From the human T2T-CHM13v2.0 reference genome, Homo sapiens: a DNA stretch of 64,000 bases. Positions 1 to 13,709 of the stretch are shown here, piece after piece. Numbering within the stretch: the first letter of the stretch is position 1; the number at the start of each line of letters is the position of its first letter. The notes beneath the pieces were generated by a model. The model made no database searches and had not been told where the DNA came from. It saw only the letters and a program-made list of their open reading frames with translations. The DNA lies in the NCBI RefSeq assembly GCF_009914755.1, contig NC_060927.1, one strand, 5' to 3'. The position numbers were made by a program, and so were the translations under genes.

Positions 1-158
1 AGGAATTAGGAGGAATAAACCTTCAAGAATAATTAATCTCTGTCACACTCAGCAGGGAGGAAAATTTACCTAATCCTTATATCTACATTTGACCATGAGA
101 CCTAAGAGAAATTCTTTCTATAAGAGGTTTTTAGATCTCATAATGAAGGTGGCTAAGG

Positions 159-330
159 CAGTGGCTCTCAAACTCTGCTGCACATTAGAATCAACTGGGA
201 TCTTACAAACTAATGATGCCTGACTTCCACACCCAATCATTCTGACTTAGTTGGTATGAAATAGAACCTAGACATTAGGGTATTTAAAAGCCCCCCATAA
301 TGATTCTGATTTGCAGGAAAAGTTTGGACT
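159..330. mobile_element. MER5-family hAT-Charlie DNA transposon (MITE)
   Basis: cagtggctctcaaactctgctgcacattagaatca...tgattctgatttgcag...agtttg matches recalled MER5A/B consensus ends. Confidence 0.75.
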
Positions 331-1059
331 AAAGCGGGGGAAACACTCCTAAATCTTTTCCTTAACTCTATCACAGGATCTTCAACCTAAGATACAAGTA
401 GTGTGGATAAGATCCACTGAGTGTTGTTTTGCTCCATTGATGGGCTCCTATTTTTTCCTGTGCCATTGACATCTCAGCAGTTGAACTAGTGAATGTTACT
501 GGTAATAAAGTTACATGTGACCAGGGAAGATTCATTATCGGTATCGCAAAAGACAAAGACAACTCAGACGATATGTCCTACTCACAAAAGCCAGTGACAT
601 TTTCATGTACAAAGAACACATTTTAGTTGTAGCTATATTTATACACATGTTATTTGTATGTGGCATGAAAATAGCTATTTTGGTTTTCTGTGTGTGCACG
701 CATGTAGCAGGACCCAGACACAGTAGTGAATCATCCTTAAGTACAGCATTTACATTTTAAACACAGGAACCTATTCAAATCAAATGTGGAAGGCCCTCTC
801 TATTTGGCAGTATATTTGTCATCCGGAAGCTCAAAATAGCCTTTTAGAGATCTAAGCAGTTTGAGCTAGTGGCATCTCAACCTATTACTAGCTGTCAGAT
901 ATTTTATCCATTCAAGCAGATAGGTGGGCAAAGGTTATGTTTTCTTTGAATTGCTAATGCAGAGGTCTGCCTTTTAAGTTGAGATGTGAAATGAGAAGAG
1001 GAGTAAAAGAGGAAATTCTCAAAGACGAAAGCTAGATAGGTCATTTCATTCACCTCTTC

Positions 1060-1420
1060 ACCTTCAGAAAGAATGACATTAAAACATTCTAAACAGGTGA
1101 GAATCTATACTATTTTTATAGCTCTTCAATGACAGGATTGCACAACCACATTCCTACCATACCACATTTCATTGCAACAATTTGCAGCTAGGAAATTTCT
1201 TTTTACATCTAACCCAAGGATTCTGACCAGGTTGATCCCATTTCCTCCTCGCTGTTCTTCAGAGGGACAACACCATTCTTTTATAAAATTATCTTGGTAC
1301 TTACATAATTACATTAATCTTCAGGTTTCTCTTTTACAATCCAAATACTAATAACATCCCTTCACACCTTCCTTTTAAATAGTTTTCAAATATAATCAGC
1401 TTTGCAGCAATCTTCTTTTA
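1060..1420 (-). mobile_element. Ancient L3/CR1 LINE fragment, probably continuing at ~1600-1690 and ~2480-2590
   Basis: Degenerate similarity to CR1/L3 (ttctttttacatctaaccc...tcccatttcctcctcg...aaatactaataacatcccttc); by eye only. Confidence 0.45.
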
Positions 1421-1423
1421 ACC

Positions 1424-1600
1424 TAGGGGTTCCCAGACTTGTTTGCACATTAGAATCATCTGAGGAGCTTCAAAAACTACTGATGCCTGTGTCCCACCCC
1501 CAGAGATTCTGATTTAAGTGTCTGGAGTATGTACTAAAGTGGAGATTTTTTAAAAAGATTCTCAAGTGCTTCAAAAGTGCATCAAGTTCAGAAACCACTA
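1424..1600. mobile_element. MER5A-like DNA transposon
   Basis: gcacattagaatcatctgaggagctt...tgatgcctgtgtcccacccccagagattctgattt...agaaaccact. Confidence 0.75.
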
Positions 1601-1695
1601 TCTGAACCTGCTGCAGCCTATTACCCACTTCTCCTTCTGTTTGCTAATAGAACCTTGATAATAGTCCCAGATAAGAAATCATGACTGGCCTAAAA

Positions 1696-1869
1696 CTGTG
1701 GTTTCCAGTTCTGCTACCATTAGAATCACCTGGAGAGCTTTGACTATACGGAAGCCTGGACTCCACCAACAAATTAAATCAGAACATCTGGGGGTGGGAC
1801 CAGGAAACGGTATCTTTAAAAATGCTCTCCAAATGTTTTTAATGCACCACCAGGGTTGAGAGCCATTGG
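1696..1869. mobile_element. MER5B-like DNA transposon
   Basis: cattagaatcacctggagagcttt...aaatcagaacatctgggggtgggacccagg...ccagggttgagagccattg. Confidence 0.75.
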
Positions 1870-1876
1870 TGGAGGT

Positions 1877-2066
1877 CAGTGACTCTCAAAGTGTTTTTTA
1901 AAGTCCGGAAGCATCCGCATCAACTGAGATATTTAAATAATACAAATTCTTAGGTCCAAACCCAGGCCTACTGAATCAGCATCTCTGGGGGGTGGAGCCC
2001 AGCAATCAGTGTTTTAACAAGCCCTCCAGGGGATTTCAATGCTTGCTAGAGTTTGAGTAGCACTAG
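1877..2066. mobile_element. MER5A DNA transposon
   Basis: cagtgactctcaaagtgt...cctactgaatcagcatctctggggggtggagcccagcaatcagtgttttaacaagccctccagg...gtttgagtagcact. Confidence 0.8.
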
Positions 2067-2079
2067 TCTAAGTCCATTA

Positions 2080-2470
2080 TGATAAGCCTGTTCCCTGATT
2101 TCCCAGCCTTCCTTCAACAACAGGTGGCTGTGTGACCCAGTTCAAGCCAATGCCACCCAGCAGAGTTCTACTGAGAAAACGTGGTTTCTGGGAAAATTTT
2201 TGCTTTCTTGGTACAAGGGAACACACATCATGCACTTCTGCTTCTTCTTTCCTTACAGTCTTGGGGGTAGGTAGTCCCTGAAGCCTCAGCTGCCATTTTG
2301 GGATCATGAGCAAAACACACTTGTGGAAAGTCCAAGAAAATCACAGCGATGCTGCCCAATACTAGCAGTAACCTACCCTCAGACTTCTAGTTATAAGAAA
2401 AACCCTACTTGTTTAAGCCATTGTTAGTAGAAATTTATGTTGCTTGCAGCTGAACAAAATCTTTATACAG
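2080..2470 (+). mobile_element. Old MaLR LTR (MLT1J/K-like)
   Basis: gtgacccagttcaagccaatg...cagctgccattttg...cttgtttaagccattgttagt...ttgcttgcagctgaac. Confidence 0.6.
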
Positions 2471-2596
2471 AGTCAAATTTCCAAGTACCTTTTACATGGA
2501 GAAAACTCAGAGCTGAACCCAATACTTTTACATGGAGCTAGTAACACTAAATTTCAGGGAAGGTCATCTTCTAATTGTGATATTCTAAACACTTCA

Positions 2597-2942
2597 TCAG
2601 TAGATCTTAAACCTGGCTGCCTATCAGGATTACCTGAGGAAGCTTATCTTAAATGATTCATGGACCTCACCCCAGATATACTGAATTTGAATCTCTCAAA
2701 TTGGGACTGGGAGACTCTGTAACTTAACAAGGCGATTAGTATGCCCTCAGCTGACCCCAGTCCACAGCATGGCTGAGACTAGGGTGAGGCAAGTAAAAAG
2801 CCCAGGGTGCAAAATTTAAGGAGGCACTCACTCTCAGGGTTGTGCAAGCATAGGGTCAACAGTTGCATGTCCAGAGAGTAGATGCCTTCTTTAATTTTGT
2901 GTCCTAGGCACCTCATTTGGCCTCTTCCTAGCCTCTACCCTG
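2597..2942. mobile_element. MER5B-like fragment followed by MER91-like hAT-Tip100 element (~2766-2942)
   Basis: cagtagatcttaaacctggctgc...cccagatatactgaatttgaatctct, then gactagggtgaggcaagt...gggtgcaaaatttaaggaggcactcactctcaggg. Confidence 0.6.
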
Positions 2943-4409
2943 ATTCAGATAAGGTAGATGTAACAGGTGGTGCCAGTCATTTGTCATGACATGGTGGTAA
3001 CCCCAGCCAAATATTCCTTTACAAAAATTCACTGATTGTTCCAACTGAATTATTTTTTTAGTGGTGGTTCCTGCATCATAAAGACATAGCCTATACTCTA
3101 TAAATAATGATAATATATAGTTTATTTTCAATTTGGGTTATGCATCTAGGTGTCAAATGACAACAATTTCCTTCTGAGCTGAAAAATAACTACAGCACTG
3201 ATTGTCTCAGTCCCTGTTCACCCACATAAAAACAGGAATGTGATCCTGAGAGAGAAGAATTTAATTGGGTGAGTCAATAGGTGTCAGGTATCAGCATGTT
3301 GGTGGCAGAATCCAGGGCTGCAGTCCTCATGTAGCTACTAAATAATCAAGTATTGGTTACTTGAATTAAAAGTGGAAACTAGTAGGTGTTGGTAAAAATG
3401 TGTTGAGCTTGGCTACTCCTGTTTTCCAAAAGCATTTTAGGACACATATACGCTGCAGTATCCCAGAAATAGAAGTGTGGGTAACTTAACCCAAAGTTGT
3501 GGTTCCTGTGTCCAGCCTGTGTTGGATGGTGTGTCAGCACAATGAATGCTGAAGAATCTCTGTGGACTGTCATTCTAGAGCCTCCTAAGAATGCCTCACT
3601 AGGGTTGGCAGAGAGGTAGGGGTGCTGGCCAGGCAGACGAAGGGAAGTCCACACACGGCTTTGGTTGAAGCAGTGCCAAAGGCCAGGATAAAAGCTGTAG
3701 ACCTGTTTAACTCCAGATTTTAGGGCTCTCGCTTTTGATTTTATAGATGTAGTACTGATGGGAACAGCTGGTGGTATGTAGCGGGAGGACAGCCTGAACA
3801 AAGTGAAATATACGAGGTTCCTCTCATCATCCCTCCCTACTTCTGCAGAGGTGGCATTAGAGCACCTTTCATCTTAATGTGACTGGTGAATACCCCAGCA
3901 TCAGGCAGATATTTCACATGTGCTTGCCAAAAATAATAACCACTCTTTTCTGCCCGATGGATGCTAGACACTCTGATTCCTCAATCTGTGATTGTCCCTC
4001 AGGTCTATGGCAGCAGGAATAGATGTCCTGCATCTTACCATGGAGAGGGAATTAGTTACAGTTCTACTGGTGAATCAGGAATTGAGTAACTCTCCTGGAG
4101 GCAGCTTCTCTACCTCCTTTCCTGACAGTCATTAAAGCAGGCAAGGCGGCACTCAGCAGCAACTGACAAGCTGGAACTGAATTAAATCAACACCTGAATG
4201 GTCAGAGGGTTTAGAAGGAGCCAAAAATGTGTTTTCCAGCCAGGATGATTGAGAACCCACACCTGGTGCCAGAGTACAACACACAGGTGCCTGCCAGGGC
4301 ACCCAGGCAGATATGCTATGCTCCTGGTATAGGGTGGGTGGAGGGGGCTCTGCCTGCAATGTCACACTCCTTTAAACACAGGTCGGGTGTTGCTACAAGA
4401 TGCATCTTG

Positions 4410-4695
4410 AGGTATGAAGAGAAGAAATGACACAATGCCTGGGGCTTGTTTTAACATACTTCAATTTAAGAACTTCAGCAAAGAAAAATAATAAAGGGGG
4501 CCAGATAAAGCAAATGTAGCAAAATTGTGATCATTATTGAATCTGGATGTTGGATAAATAAGGATTTTCTATTAGGGTAAACAGGATTATTCTTGCCCCA
4601 ATAAGACAAAAAGGAATAGAATAATTTTATGGCAAATAGGATTATTCTAATTGTTCTTACTTTGTGTACCTGAACACTTTCATAATTAAAAGTCT
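4410..4695 (+). mobile_element. Old L1 (L1ME-like) 3' end fragment
   Basis: aaatgtagcaaaattgtgatcattattgaatctggatg...ttcttactttgtgtacctgaacactttcataattaaaa. Confidence 0.5.
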
Positions 4696-4959
4696 GTTTA
4701 AAAATTCCAATCAATCATTATAAAGCTTGTAAACCTCACATTAAGTTGATGTATGCCTTTGAATACTACTCATTTCTTTCAGGTGACAGCAAGCAATAGG
4801 GAGCCAGAACCGCATGGAATTTGGTTTGAAATGTCCTCCTCACCCAGCCCCATCCACCACCACCTACTTGGGCTCAGAACCCTTATTTTTTAGTGAAAAG
4901 ATGGCAGGACTGAGGCTTATGAAATCTGAACATGAGTTCTTGTTCGTTCATTAACAGTG

Positions 4960-5110
4960 AGACCTGCAACAACTCACTTGCCTGCTTGGAAGCCTCCTTT
5001 CTTCCTCTGTAAAATGGGGATGATCCTTTAATACCAGCTTTGCAGGTTACTGGAGAATCACATGAAATAATGTACACTGTGAAGTGTGAAGGCAGTGTTG
5101 GTTGTTATTA
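4960..5110 (+). mobile_element. MIR SINE
   Basis: MIR core ttcctctgtaaaatggggatgat...ggagaatcacatgaaataatgta. Confidence 0.65.
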
Positions 5111-5254
5111 ACACCAGCAGCCTGACCTTGAACCAGGCAACCAAATGCTCTGTCTCAGAGCCCTCATCTATGAGATGAGTGAGGGGATTACATCATGGTA
5201 CACAGGCTCTGTGAGAACCACGTAGGAGGCATGTTAAAATTCAGATTCCGGGCC

Positions 5255-5650
5255 TGCCGTGGTTTAGATATTTGACCCTCCAAACATCTTGTTGAAATTC
5301 AACCCCTAATATTAGAGGTAGGGCCTAACGGGAGGTGTCTGGGTCATGGGGGCCGATCCTTCATGAATGGCTTGGTGCCAGTTGTTGAGGTAATGAGTGA
5401 ATTCTTGCTCTATCAGTTACCATGACACTTGATTGCTTCCTCTCTGGCTATGTGACCTCTGTATACACCAGGTCCTCTTCCCCTTCTACCAAGAGCTTGT
5501 CCCATGGTGAGCTGAAGCCCTCACCAGAAGCAGATGCTGGTACCATGCTTCTTGTACAGCCTGCAGAACCGTGAGCCAAATAAACTTCTCTTCTTTATAA
5601 ATTGCCCAGCCTCAAGTATTCATTTACAGCAACACAAATGGACTAAAACA
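5255..5650 (+). mobile_element. MSTB-like solo LTR (ERVL-MaLR) inserted in a MER5 remnant
   Basis: TG...CA ends; gaaccgtgagccaaataaacttctcttctttataaattgcccagcctcaagtatt...ggactaaaaca; near-TSD gggcc/ggggc. Confidence 0.85.
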
Positions 5651-6379
5651 GGGGCCCACCACAATCTACTAATCAGGATTTCCAGATGTGGGGCATAGAG
5701 AAGTCACACGGCTGATTCTGCTTTGCAGCCTAGTTGGGGGCAGCTGAATTCAGTAACTGTTGAGGTCCTTTCACGCTCTAACAGCCGAAATGGCTGTTTG
5801 GGAATTTCGAGTCGATTGAGCCAAGTTATTTTGATGGTTAGGTGCAGATCACAGATTTGGGGTAATTTCATGGTGATAAACAGTGAAAGAGAATCAGAAT
5901 AAACAAAGGAGAGGAAGCTGGGCACTGGCATGGTGGACTGAGGCCTTCATAGCTAGGAGTAGACACACACATTAATAGAGTGGAGGGGGCCAGCTGTTCC
6001 GCCCATGCAGCTGTCATATAAAAATGACTGGTGACAGGGGCTTCCCAAGCCACCTGAAAGAGCTTATAGGAGGAGAGTGAATTGTCTCAAGTCACCTATA
6101 ACTCATACAGTCTGTGGGACTCTTAGGGTGGCTTGTCCAGGCAGCAGGCCACATGTGGGAGGGTGGCCTTGAAGTCCTGGCTTCAGGCCTGCAGCTCCTT
6201 CACTGCCAGGCCCACATGATTGGCTGCCTACCACGCCTGCACTCATCCTACTGGCTGCTCCTCTGCTTATCCTCACAGTACATTCCAACATTTGTGAACG
6301 CTTGCTCACAAGTCTCTCTTCCCACATTCTAACTTCTTTCAGAATTCTTGTTTGTCTCGTCTGAAAAGCAATCCAGTTC

Positions 6380-7040
6380 AGTATTTGTTGACTGCCTGTT
6401 ATATTCAATGCCTTGTGCTAAGGACCTCAGTTGATACAAAGAGGAGAAAGGAGTTGTGCCCTTGAAGCATCAGTCAAATGTGGGGAGAGAGGAGAGAATC
6501 AGACAAAGCACACAGATAACCCAAACCCCAAAAAACTAGCAAGTACCCTGAGAATAGTGAATAGCATACGTTGTGAAAGGATTTCAAGGAGGACGATCAC
6601 ATTCAAAACACTTCATGGCAAAAGTGGTATTAGAAATGGGTTTTGAATGGTAAGTAGATTTTTACCAGGCAGGGAAGGATTGGGGCACAGCAGGAGCAAA
6701 GACACAGAGGTAGCAAAAGAGGATATGTGTTTGGAGAAAAGCAAGCAGTGACATCTTGACGAGGTCTTGGAAAAAAGAGGAGGCCAAAGGATCCAAAGGT
6801 AGGCTGGGGCCAAACAGAAGCAGCACTTACTTCAACTTGGTAAATAAGAAAGGTTCCTAAAGGTTTTTGAGAAGAGGCCTGACACGATCCAAGCAGTACT
6901 TCGAGAACTTTGACTTAGTGCCAGTGTGCAGACTAGAGAGCCAGATGGACTAAGTGACCTAGAGGGGATGGGACAAGAGAGTAATGGGCCACAGGGGTTC
7001 CCCAACACCTCAGCTGCCAGAGTCCAAGAAACCATGGAGT
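6380..7040 (-). mobile_element. L2 LINE fragment
   Basis: Purine-rich L2 3' region in antisense (agcaaagacacagagg, gtaggctggggcc, gagaagaggcctgacacgatc). Confidence 0.55.
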
Positions 7041-7399
7041 CAGGGCTAAGAAGGAGGGTGTCATGAGGTGTTATTCTTAAAACTCTTAGGATAAGATAAG
7101 AAGCCCTCCACTCTAGACCTATACCTGAGATCGGGAGAGGTCAGCGTTTTCCTGCTGTAAACCAAAGGCATACAATCACCATTCCTGAGAGAGCTTTTTT
7201 TGAACATTGGCCAATTTACCTTCCACTAATATTAACAGCCATTCCATGGGGATCTGCAAAACAAAAACAAACAAAAGTGATTGAAATGAAGGCTAGGGCA
7301 CCTTGCTTTCTTTGCATCTCAGAACTTCTAAACAGTCCCTGAGTGTAGATTTTACTCTTTCATGGAAGTTTCTCTCCTCCCCCTCTTTATAGGATCTGC

Positions 7400-8115
7400 A
7401 AGATCGCACTTTCTGATGGCTTCATCCCCTAGCATCATCTGGCTACTTCTCCTGCTCCAAACCACCACTCCTCCTGCTCCAAACTGCCATCTCTCATCTA
7501 AACTACTTCCAGAGCCTTTTAGCTGCCTGCTTGTACTCATGCCCTCTCCCTGTTCCCCCTCCAAGTCACAGACAGTCAGAAACAAACATCCAGTTCTGTT
7601 AAAGCATAAATAACACCATATCACTGCCTGGTGTCAGCCCTCCAATACGCCTCTCATACTTAGGTTAACATCTGAAGTCCTTAGTGTGACCCACGTGGTC
7701 TTCAATGATCTGGCCCCTGTGTCCCCCTTTACCCTTACTCTCCAGCCACTCTGGCCTTTCTGCTGTTTTCACACCCACTGAGCATGTGCCAGACTCAAGC
7801 CTTGCCCTTGCTTTCCCTTCTGCCTGGAATGCTCTCCCCCAGATATTTGCATGGCCAGCAACCTCACTTCCTTTAGAGTTCTTTTTAAATGTCACCTCCT
7901 CAGAGAGGCCTTTCTGAATCCTCCAGTCCCTCTCTACCCACTTGCCCTGCTTCATTTTTCTTCATAGAGTTAACCACAATAGACACTTGTATAATGTCTG
8001 TGTGCTCCGGTAGAATGTAAGATCCCCGAGGCTAGATCTCCATTCTGCCCACCTCAGTTTGTTCGGGGCCTGGATAAGGGCTAAGTTCTCAATAAACAGT
8101 TGTCAAATGAATAAA
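7400..8115 (+). mobile_element. L2 LINE 3' fragment
   Basis: ttcccttctgcctggaatgctctccccca...aaatgtcacctcctcagagaggccttt...tagaatgtaag...caataaacagttgtcaaatgaataaa. Confidence 0.75.
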
Positions 8116-8988
8116 TTGTAGCTCTTCTCTCTAGCAAACACCTTCCTCTGGCTCTGCCTTTGTTTCTCAGTCCTCATTCTCTTTAGTCTTTGCAGAGTTT
8201 GATCTAACTTAGCACCATGTCTTTCCCCTTGATCAGCATGGAGCTGAATTCATCTATTATGGCTCTGATACTTTCATGGGCTCCCTAAATATAAATACGC
8301 CTGAGGATTCAGTCCTTACTCTTCAGCTCTTTTCCCTACTTCCCTCCCTCTGCCTTTCCTCCATCTTCATCTCTTCCCTCTATGCAGATGATATCCTAAT
8401 ATTTACTTTCAGCCTAGACTCCTCTAGAAACTCTCCTTCCAAATGCCTCCTGGGCATTCTAAAGGGACCTTATGTCTCATATACTTAAAAACTTCATTCT
8501 CTTCTTCACTTTTCTATGTCTGTTAATGGCACCACTATTTTCTTGACCCCTGAGTTAGAAGCCTTAGTGTTGTTTTTTCCTTCCTTCTTCAGATCCCCTT
8601 TCAATTAGTCACAAAGTTCCTATTGAATCTTTCTTTCAAATGGCTCTTACATCACTCCCACTGTTTCCATTGCCACAGCCATGTTCCTGGTCCAGCCTTT
8701 ACTACATGGCCAGAACCAGCTTGACCTCTTTGTTGGTAACTTTCCTGCTTATAGGACCCTATTCGAGGCCCCCTTCTCCTATATCTCTACTTCAAGGAAC
8801 TCCTCCAGGCTCTGAGCCAACTAACCTAACCTCACTGATGACCATGCATTTCCAGTCCGAGTTTGGTTCCCTGTTCACCCCTGCACTGCCCAAACCTGCC
8901 AACCCTGATCTTAATGTGTAGAAGCCATACGGACCAAGCCCACCAATTCCACAGCCTGTGCCCAGCTCCTAGCTCCCATTTCCCCAGG

Positions 8989-9390
8989 TGTTTTACTCTG
9001 TTTGTGCAGCTAACAAAATACCTGAGACCAGGTAATTTATAAAGAATAGAAATTTATTCTATTTATGCTATTCCAAGGAGGCTTGGAAGTCCAAGATTAA
9101 GGCACTAGTAGGTTAGGTGTCTGGTGAGGGCCAGGTCTCTGCTTCCAAGATGGTGCCTTGAACTCTGCTTCTTCCTGAGGGAATGAACACTCTGTCCTCG
9201 CATAGTGGAAGACATAAGTGCAAAAGGGCCTACAGTGCTTCCTCCAACCTCTTTTATAAGGTTGCTAATCTATTCACAAGGGTTGTGTCCTCATGACTTA
9301 ATCACTTCCTAAAGGCCCCACCTCTTAATACTATCATATTGGTGATTAAGTTTTATAAGAATTTGGGGGAGATACATCCAGACCATAGCA
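8989..9390 (-). mobile_element. MaLR solo LTR (MST/MLT1A group)
   Basis: TG...CA termini with perfect 5-bp TSD ccagg (8984-8988, 9391-9395); ggtaatttataaagaatagaaatttatt motif. Confidence 0.85.
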
Positions 9391-9527
9391 CCAGGCAATG
9401 AGGTTTGAACCCCTTGCCTTTACTTTCCTATCCTCATTCCCAGCCTCAGATAAAAATCAGAATATTTTTTCAGAATCATTTTGAAAGAGCTGTTTTAAGC
9501 CTTGGCTTCTCTCCCCAAAAATTATTA

Positions 9528-9845
<318 letters not shown>

Positions 9846-9989
9846 CTATTTCCTATAGAATGAAGACCAAATTCCTTAGCTTGGAACTCGAGTTTGACTA
9901 CAATCTACTTTTTAAGCCATAGAATTCATAGAACAGGCGTAAGACTCAAATGCCAAGTCCTACCCCAGGTAGACTTCAGAGGGGCTGGG

Positions 9990-10290
9990 AAGATAATAGA
10001 AGTGAAAAATATGGGTCCTATATAAACAGTAAGGAGTAGTATGGACTGTGGCAAATGGGAGAACATGTGGCCTATTTAAAAGCGAGAGCTGGGTGTTGCT
10101 ATGAAGAAATTTGGGCTGAAGGTTGCCAGATGTTCTATTTATTCAACAGAGGTTATAAATCTGAATTTTTAGGCAAAATTTCCTGAGTTTTTAAATGTTG
10201 GCTCAAAACAAAAAGTAAAGTGCAGTGCAAATAAATCATATCTGCAGGCTGGATTCAGCCTCAAAGACACCTGTCTGGAATTCTGCCCTC
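9990..10290. mobile_element. MER102-like hAT DNA transposon
   Basis: gttgccagatgttctatttattcaacagagg...aaatctgaattttt...tttttaaatgttggc. Confidence 0.5.
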
Positions 10291-10519
10291 TATAGCAACC
10301 AAATTGGTTTATTCACTGTCTATCAAACACTCCTTACAAGTTTTTTTTTCACTGTTCCTGATCAACCTGGCAGGCATTCTCTGTTGGTCTTCACTTGGAA
10401 GTCCTGGCTCCTTCTAGTCCCTTTACTTCCTCCATGAAGCTTCCTCGGGCAACTCTCACCCTGAGTAATCTTTTACCTCTGCTGTCATAGTACTCATAGC
10501 CCCCGGCCAACACAGAGAG

Positions 10520-10720
10520 TGAAATAACTAAACCAAGTGTCAGAGGAACTGGGTCACACTGCTCCCTGCTAACCAGTTAGGTGAACTTGGCAGGACCAGC
10601 ATCTTTCAGAGAATCAATTTTCTCATCTACAAGTTGGAGCCAATAATTTTTGTCCTACCCCAGGTAGACTTCAGATGAAATAACACAATTATAAACTGTA
10701 GAACATAATATAAATTAATA
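10520..10720 (+). mobile_element. MIR SINE
   Basis: gtgaacttgggcagg...tcaattttctcatctacaagttgga. Confidence 0.55.
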
Positions 10721-10779
10721 ATCATAAACCTAAGTAGTGCCTTTTATATGGCCTGAGAAGCATGTTCCACTTCCCTGAT

Positions 10780-13125
10780 CCATTCAAATTTCTACTCTCC
10801 TAGATAACTATTTCATACCCTTCTTTCTCTCTTCGAAACTTCATCCCTAGGCTAGGCTGATAACCTTGTTTCCTATTTCCCTGAGAAAATGAAAACAATC
10901 AGAAGAGAATTTCTACAAGTTCCCACCAACACATCTACCACCCACCAGCATATGCATCCAAACTCTGCTCTCTTTCATTACTGTGGATGAATCTAGCAAA
11001 GATCTAAGTGTGCACTCGATCCTATTGCTTCTCACCTACTGAAGGGCACTTCTTCAACAATTCTCCTTTGTTCGGCATCATCAGTTTTTTTCCTTTCTAC
11101 TAGATCTTTCTCATCAGCTTAGATCTTTCTCATTGGCCTATAAAACTTAGAGTAAACAAAAAAAACCTCTGTCTTGATTCTACTGCTTCCTTACTGTATC
11201 TCCTTGATTTTATACCGAAACTCAAGAGTTGTCTGTGATTGCTGCCTCCAATTCCTCTCTTCCCATTTCCTCTTCCCCACTCCCCCTGTCTTTTTCCTTC
11301 TGTGTAAAGCCTACCCTAATCAGGCTTTTGCTCCCATCCCTCCACCCATATTGCTTTTGTCAAAATCTCCAGGCCCCTTTACACTGCTAAATCCAGTGGC
11401 AGCTCTTAGTCTTCATCTTATTTGGCTCTTGAACAGCATTAACAGAGTTGATCATTAGGCTTCCAGAATACCACACTTACCCACTTTGTCTCCTACCATG
11501 CTTCTGACTGCCTCTGTTGTCTTTGCTGATGCTTTCTCATCTCTACAACAACTAAATGTTGAAGTGTCCCAGGTCTCAGTCCTTCAACATCTTATCATTT
11601 CTTTTGCATTAACTCTCTTGGTGATCTCATCTAATCTCGTGGCTTTTAATGCCATCTCAATACTGCCAATGCTGATGATTCCCAAATTTATAGAAGTCTA
11701 ACCTTTCACTACACCCCTAACCTAGAAATCATACTGCCTATTCATTTGATGCTAATAATGATCTCAAACTTAGCACGGCCAAACCTGAGCTCTAGCTTCC
11801 CTTCATACCCCAAATCTCTCCTCCCAAAGTATTTTCTTCTCTGGCAGAGCCCATTCCTTCATCTATTAAATATTTATTGAGAACCTATTCTGTGCTAGAG
11901 CCTGGTACAGATGCTTACAGGCTTACTGACGGTCCGGGGGTAGAAACAGCAAAATTCATGTAGGGTTGGCATCACTCATGACGCCTCAGTTTTTCATGCT
12001 CTCAGCTTTACTTTCAAAACATATCCAGAGTTTGGCCACTTATCATCACTTCTACTGCTGTGATTCTGGTCCAAGCTGCCTTATCTCTCACCTGGCTTAC
12101 AGCATTACACTCCTAATTGCTCTCCCTATTTTTTTACTCTTGCTCTTCTATGGTCCATTCTCATGCCAGCAGCCAGAGTGATCCTCAAAATGCAAGTCAG
12201 AGCATTGTCACTTTGCTGCTCAAAATCCCCTGATGGCTACTTATCTCACCCCACACAAAGTCAAAGTCACTGCAATGGCCAACAAAGTCTTTCCCACATC
12301 TTGTAATTTCTGATTGCCCCTCTGATCTCATTCCCTACAGCCCTCTCTCTTACTTACTGTGCTCCAATCATTCTGTCCTGTTTTTTGTTTGTTGCTTTGA
12401 TTCTTTCTCTTTCTTTTCTTTTCTTTCTTTCTTTGTTTCTTTCTTTCTCTTTCTTTCTTTTTTCTGTCTTTCTTTTTTTCTTCTCTTTCTTTCCTTTCTT
12501 TCTTTGGAAAGGTGAAAGAATAAATGAAAGAACTGGATAAATGAAAGAATGTCTACATGCCACTAAAAATAAAAACACTGTGAAGGGCTTTCCCTCCCTC
12601 CCTCCCTCCCTTCCTTCTTTTCTTCCTTCCTTCTTTCCTTTTTTCCCTCCTTCCTTTTTTTCTTTTTCTTTCTTCTTCCTGGAACCTTTTTGGCATGACC
12701 CTGTCTCAGACCTTTGGACTTGCTATTCCTTCTTCCCACAAGGCTCTTCCCCCAGATATCACCATGGCTCACTCCCTCAACTCCATCACATCTTTACTTA
12801 AGTGGTACCTTCTTAGCAAGGCTTTCCCAGGTCCCCCTATTAAAACACTAATTTCCCTTTCTCCCTCATGCACAGTTCCTTACATTCCATATTTTCTTTT
12901 TATCTGTTGTTAGATGGTATCAAATCTATTGCATTTGTCAACATCTAACATGCTATATATTCAGTTAACTTGGTTTTATCTGTCTCCCACCCTAGAATGT
13001 AAGCTGTACGTGAGCAGGAATTTGTCTGTTCATTTGTTTGTTTGTTTTCATTGATCCGTAGCACTGAAACAGCACCTAGCATATAGTAGGCATTCAATAA
13101 ATGTTTTGGGGAATGAATAAATGAA
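10780..13125 (+). mobile_element. Long L2 LINE remnant (RT region to 3' end)
   Basis: cttcatcttatttggctcttgaacagcattaacagagttgatca; cagccagagtgatcct; tagaatgtaagct; ends caataaatgttt...gaatgaataaatgaat. Confidence 0.8.
12380..12680. repeat. Pyrimidine-rich simple repeats (TTTC)n and (TTCC)n, split by a non-repeat insert
   Basis: Directly visible. Confidence 0.9.
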
Positions 13126-13321
13126 TTTGGCAAATTGATCTTGTCATCTCTTTGTATTTTTTGTTGTATTTCATATACATTTTATTAGCCTTTCCTGTGA
13201 ATATTTTAACACCTTTTACCAAATTATAAAATCATGAATTTACATATTTTTGTTCCATAACCCAAATAGTACTTCCTACTGCACACAGAAGGTTCCTTTA
13301 AAATGAGAACAGTTTCAATAG

Positions 13322-13709
<388 letters not shown>

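Noticed and set aside
350-470. Good-looking splice acceptor (tcttttccttaactctatcacag|G at 376)
   Set aside because: All three downstream frames hit stops within about 30 codons and no clear donor; no support for an exon
3379-3801. 140-aa minus-strand ORF (also the 142-aa ORF at 16013-16441)
   Set aside because: Non-ATG starts, no homology recognisable, no promoter or splice support
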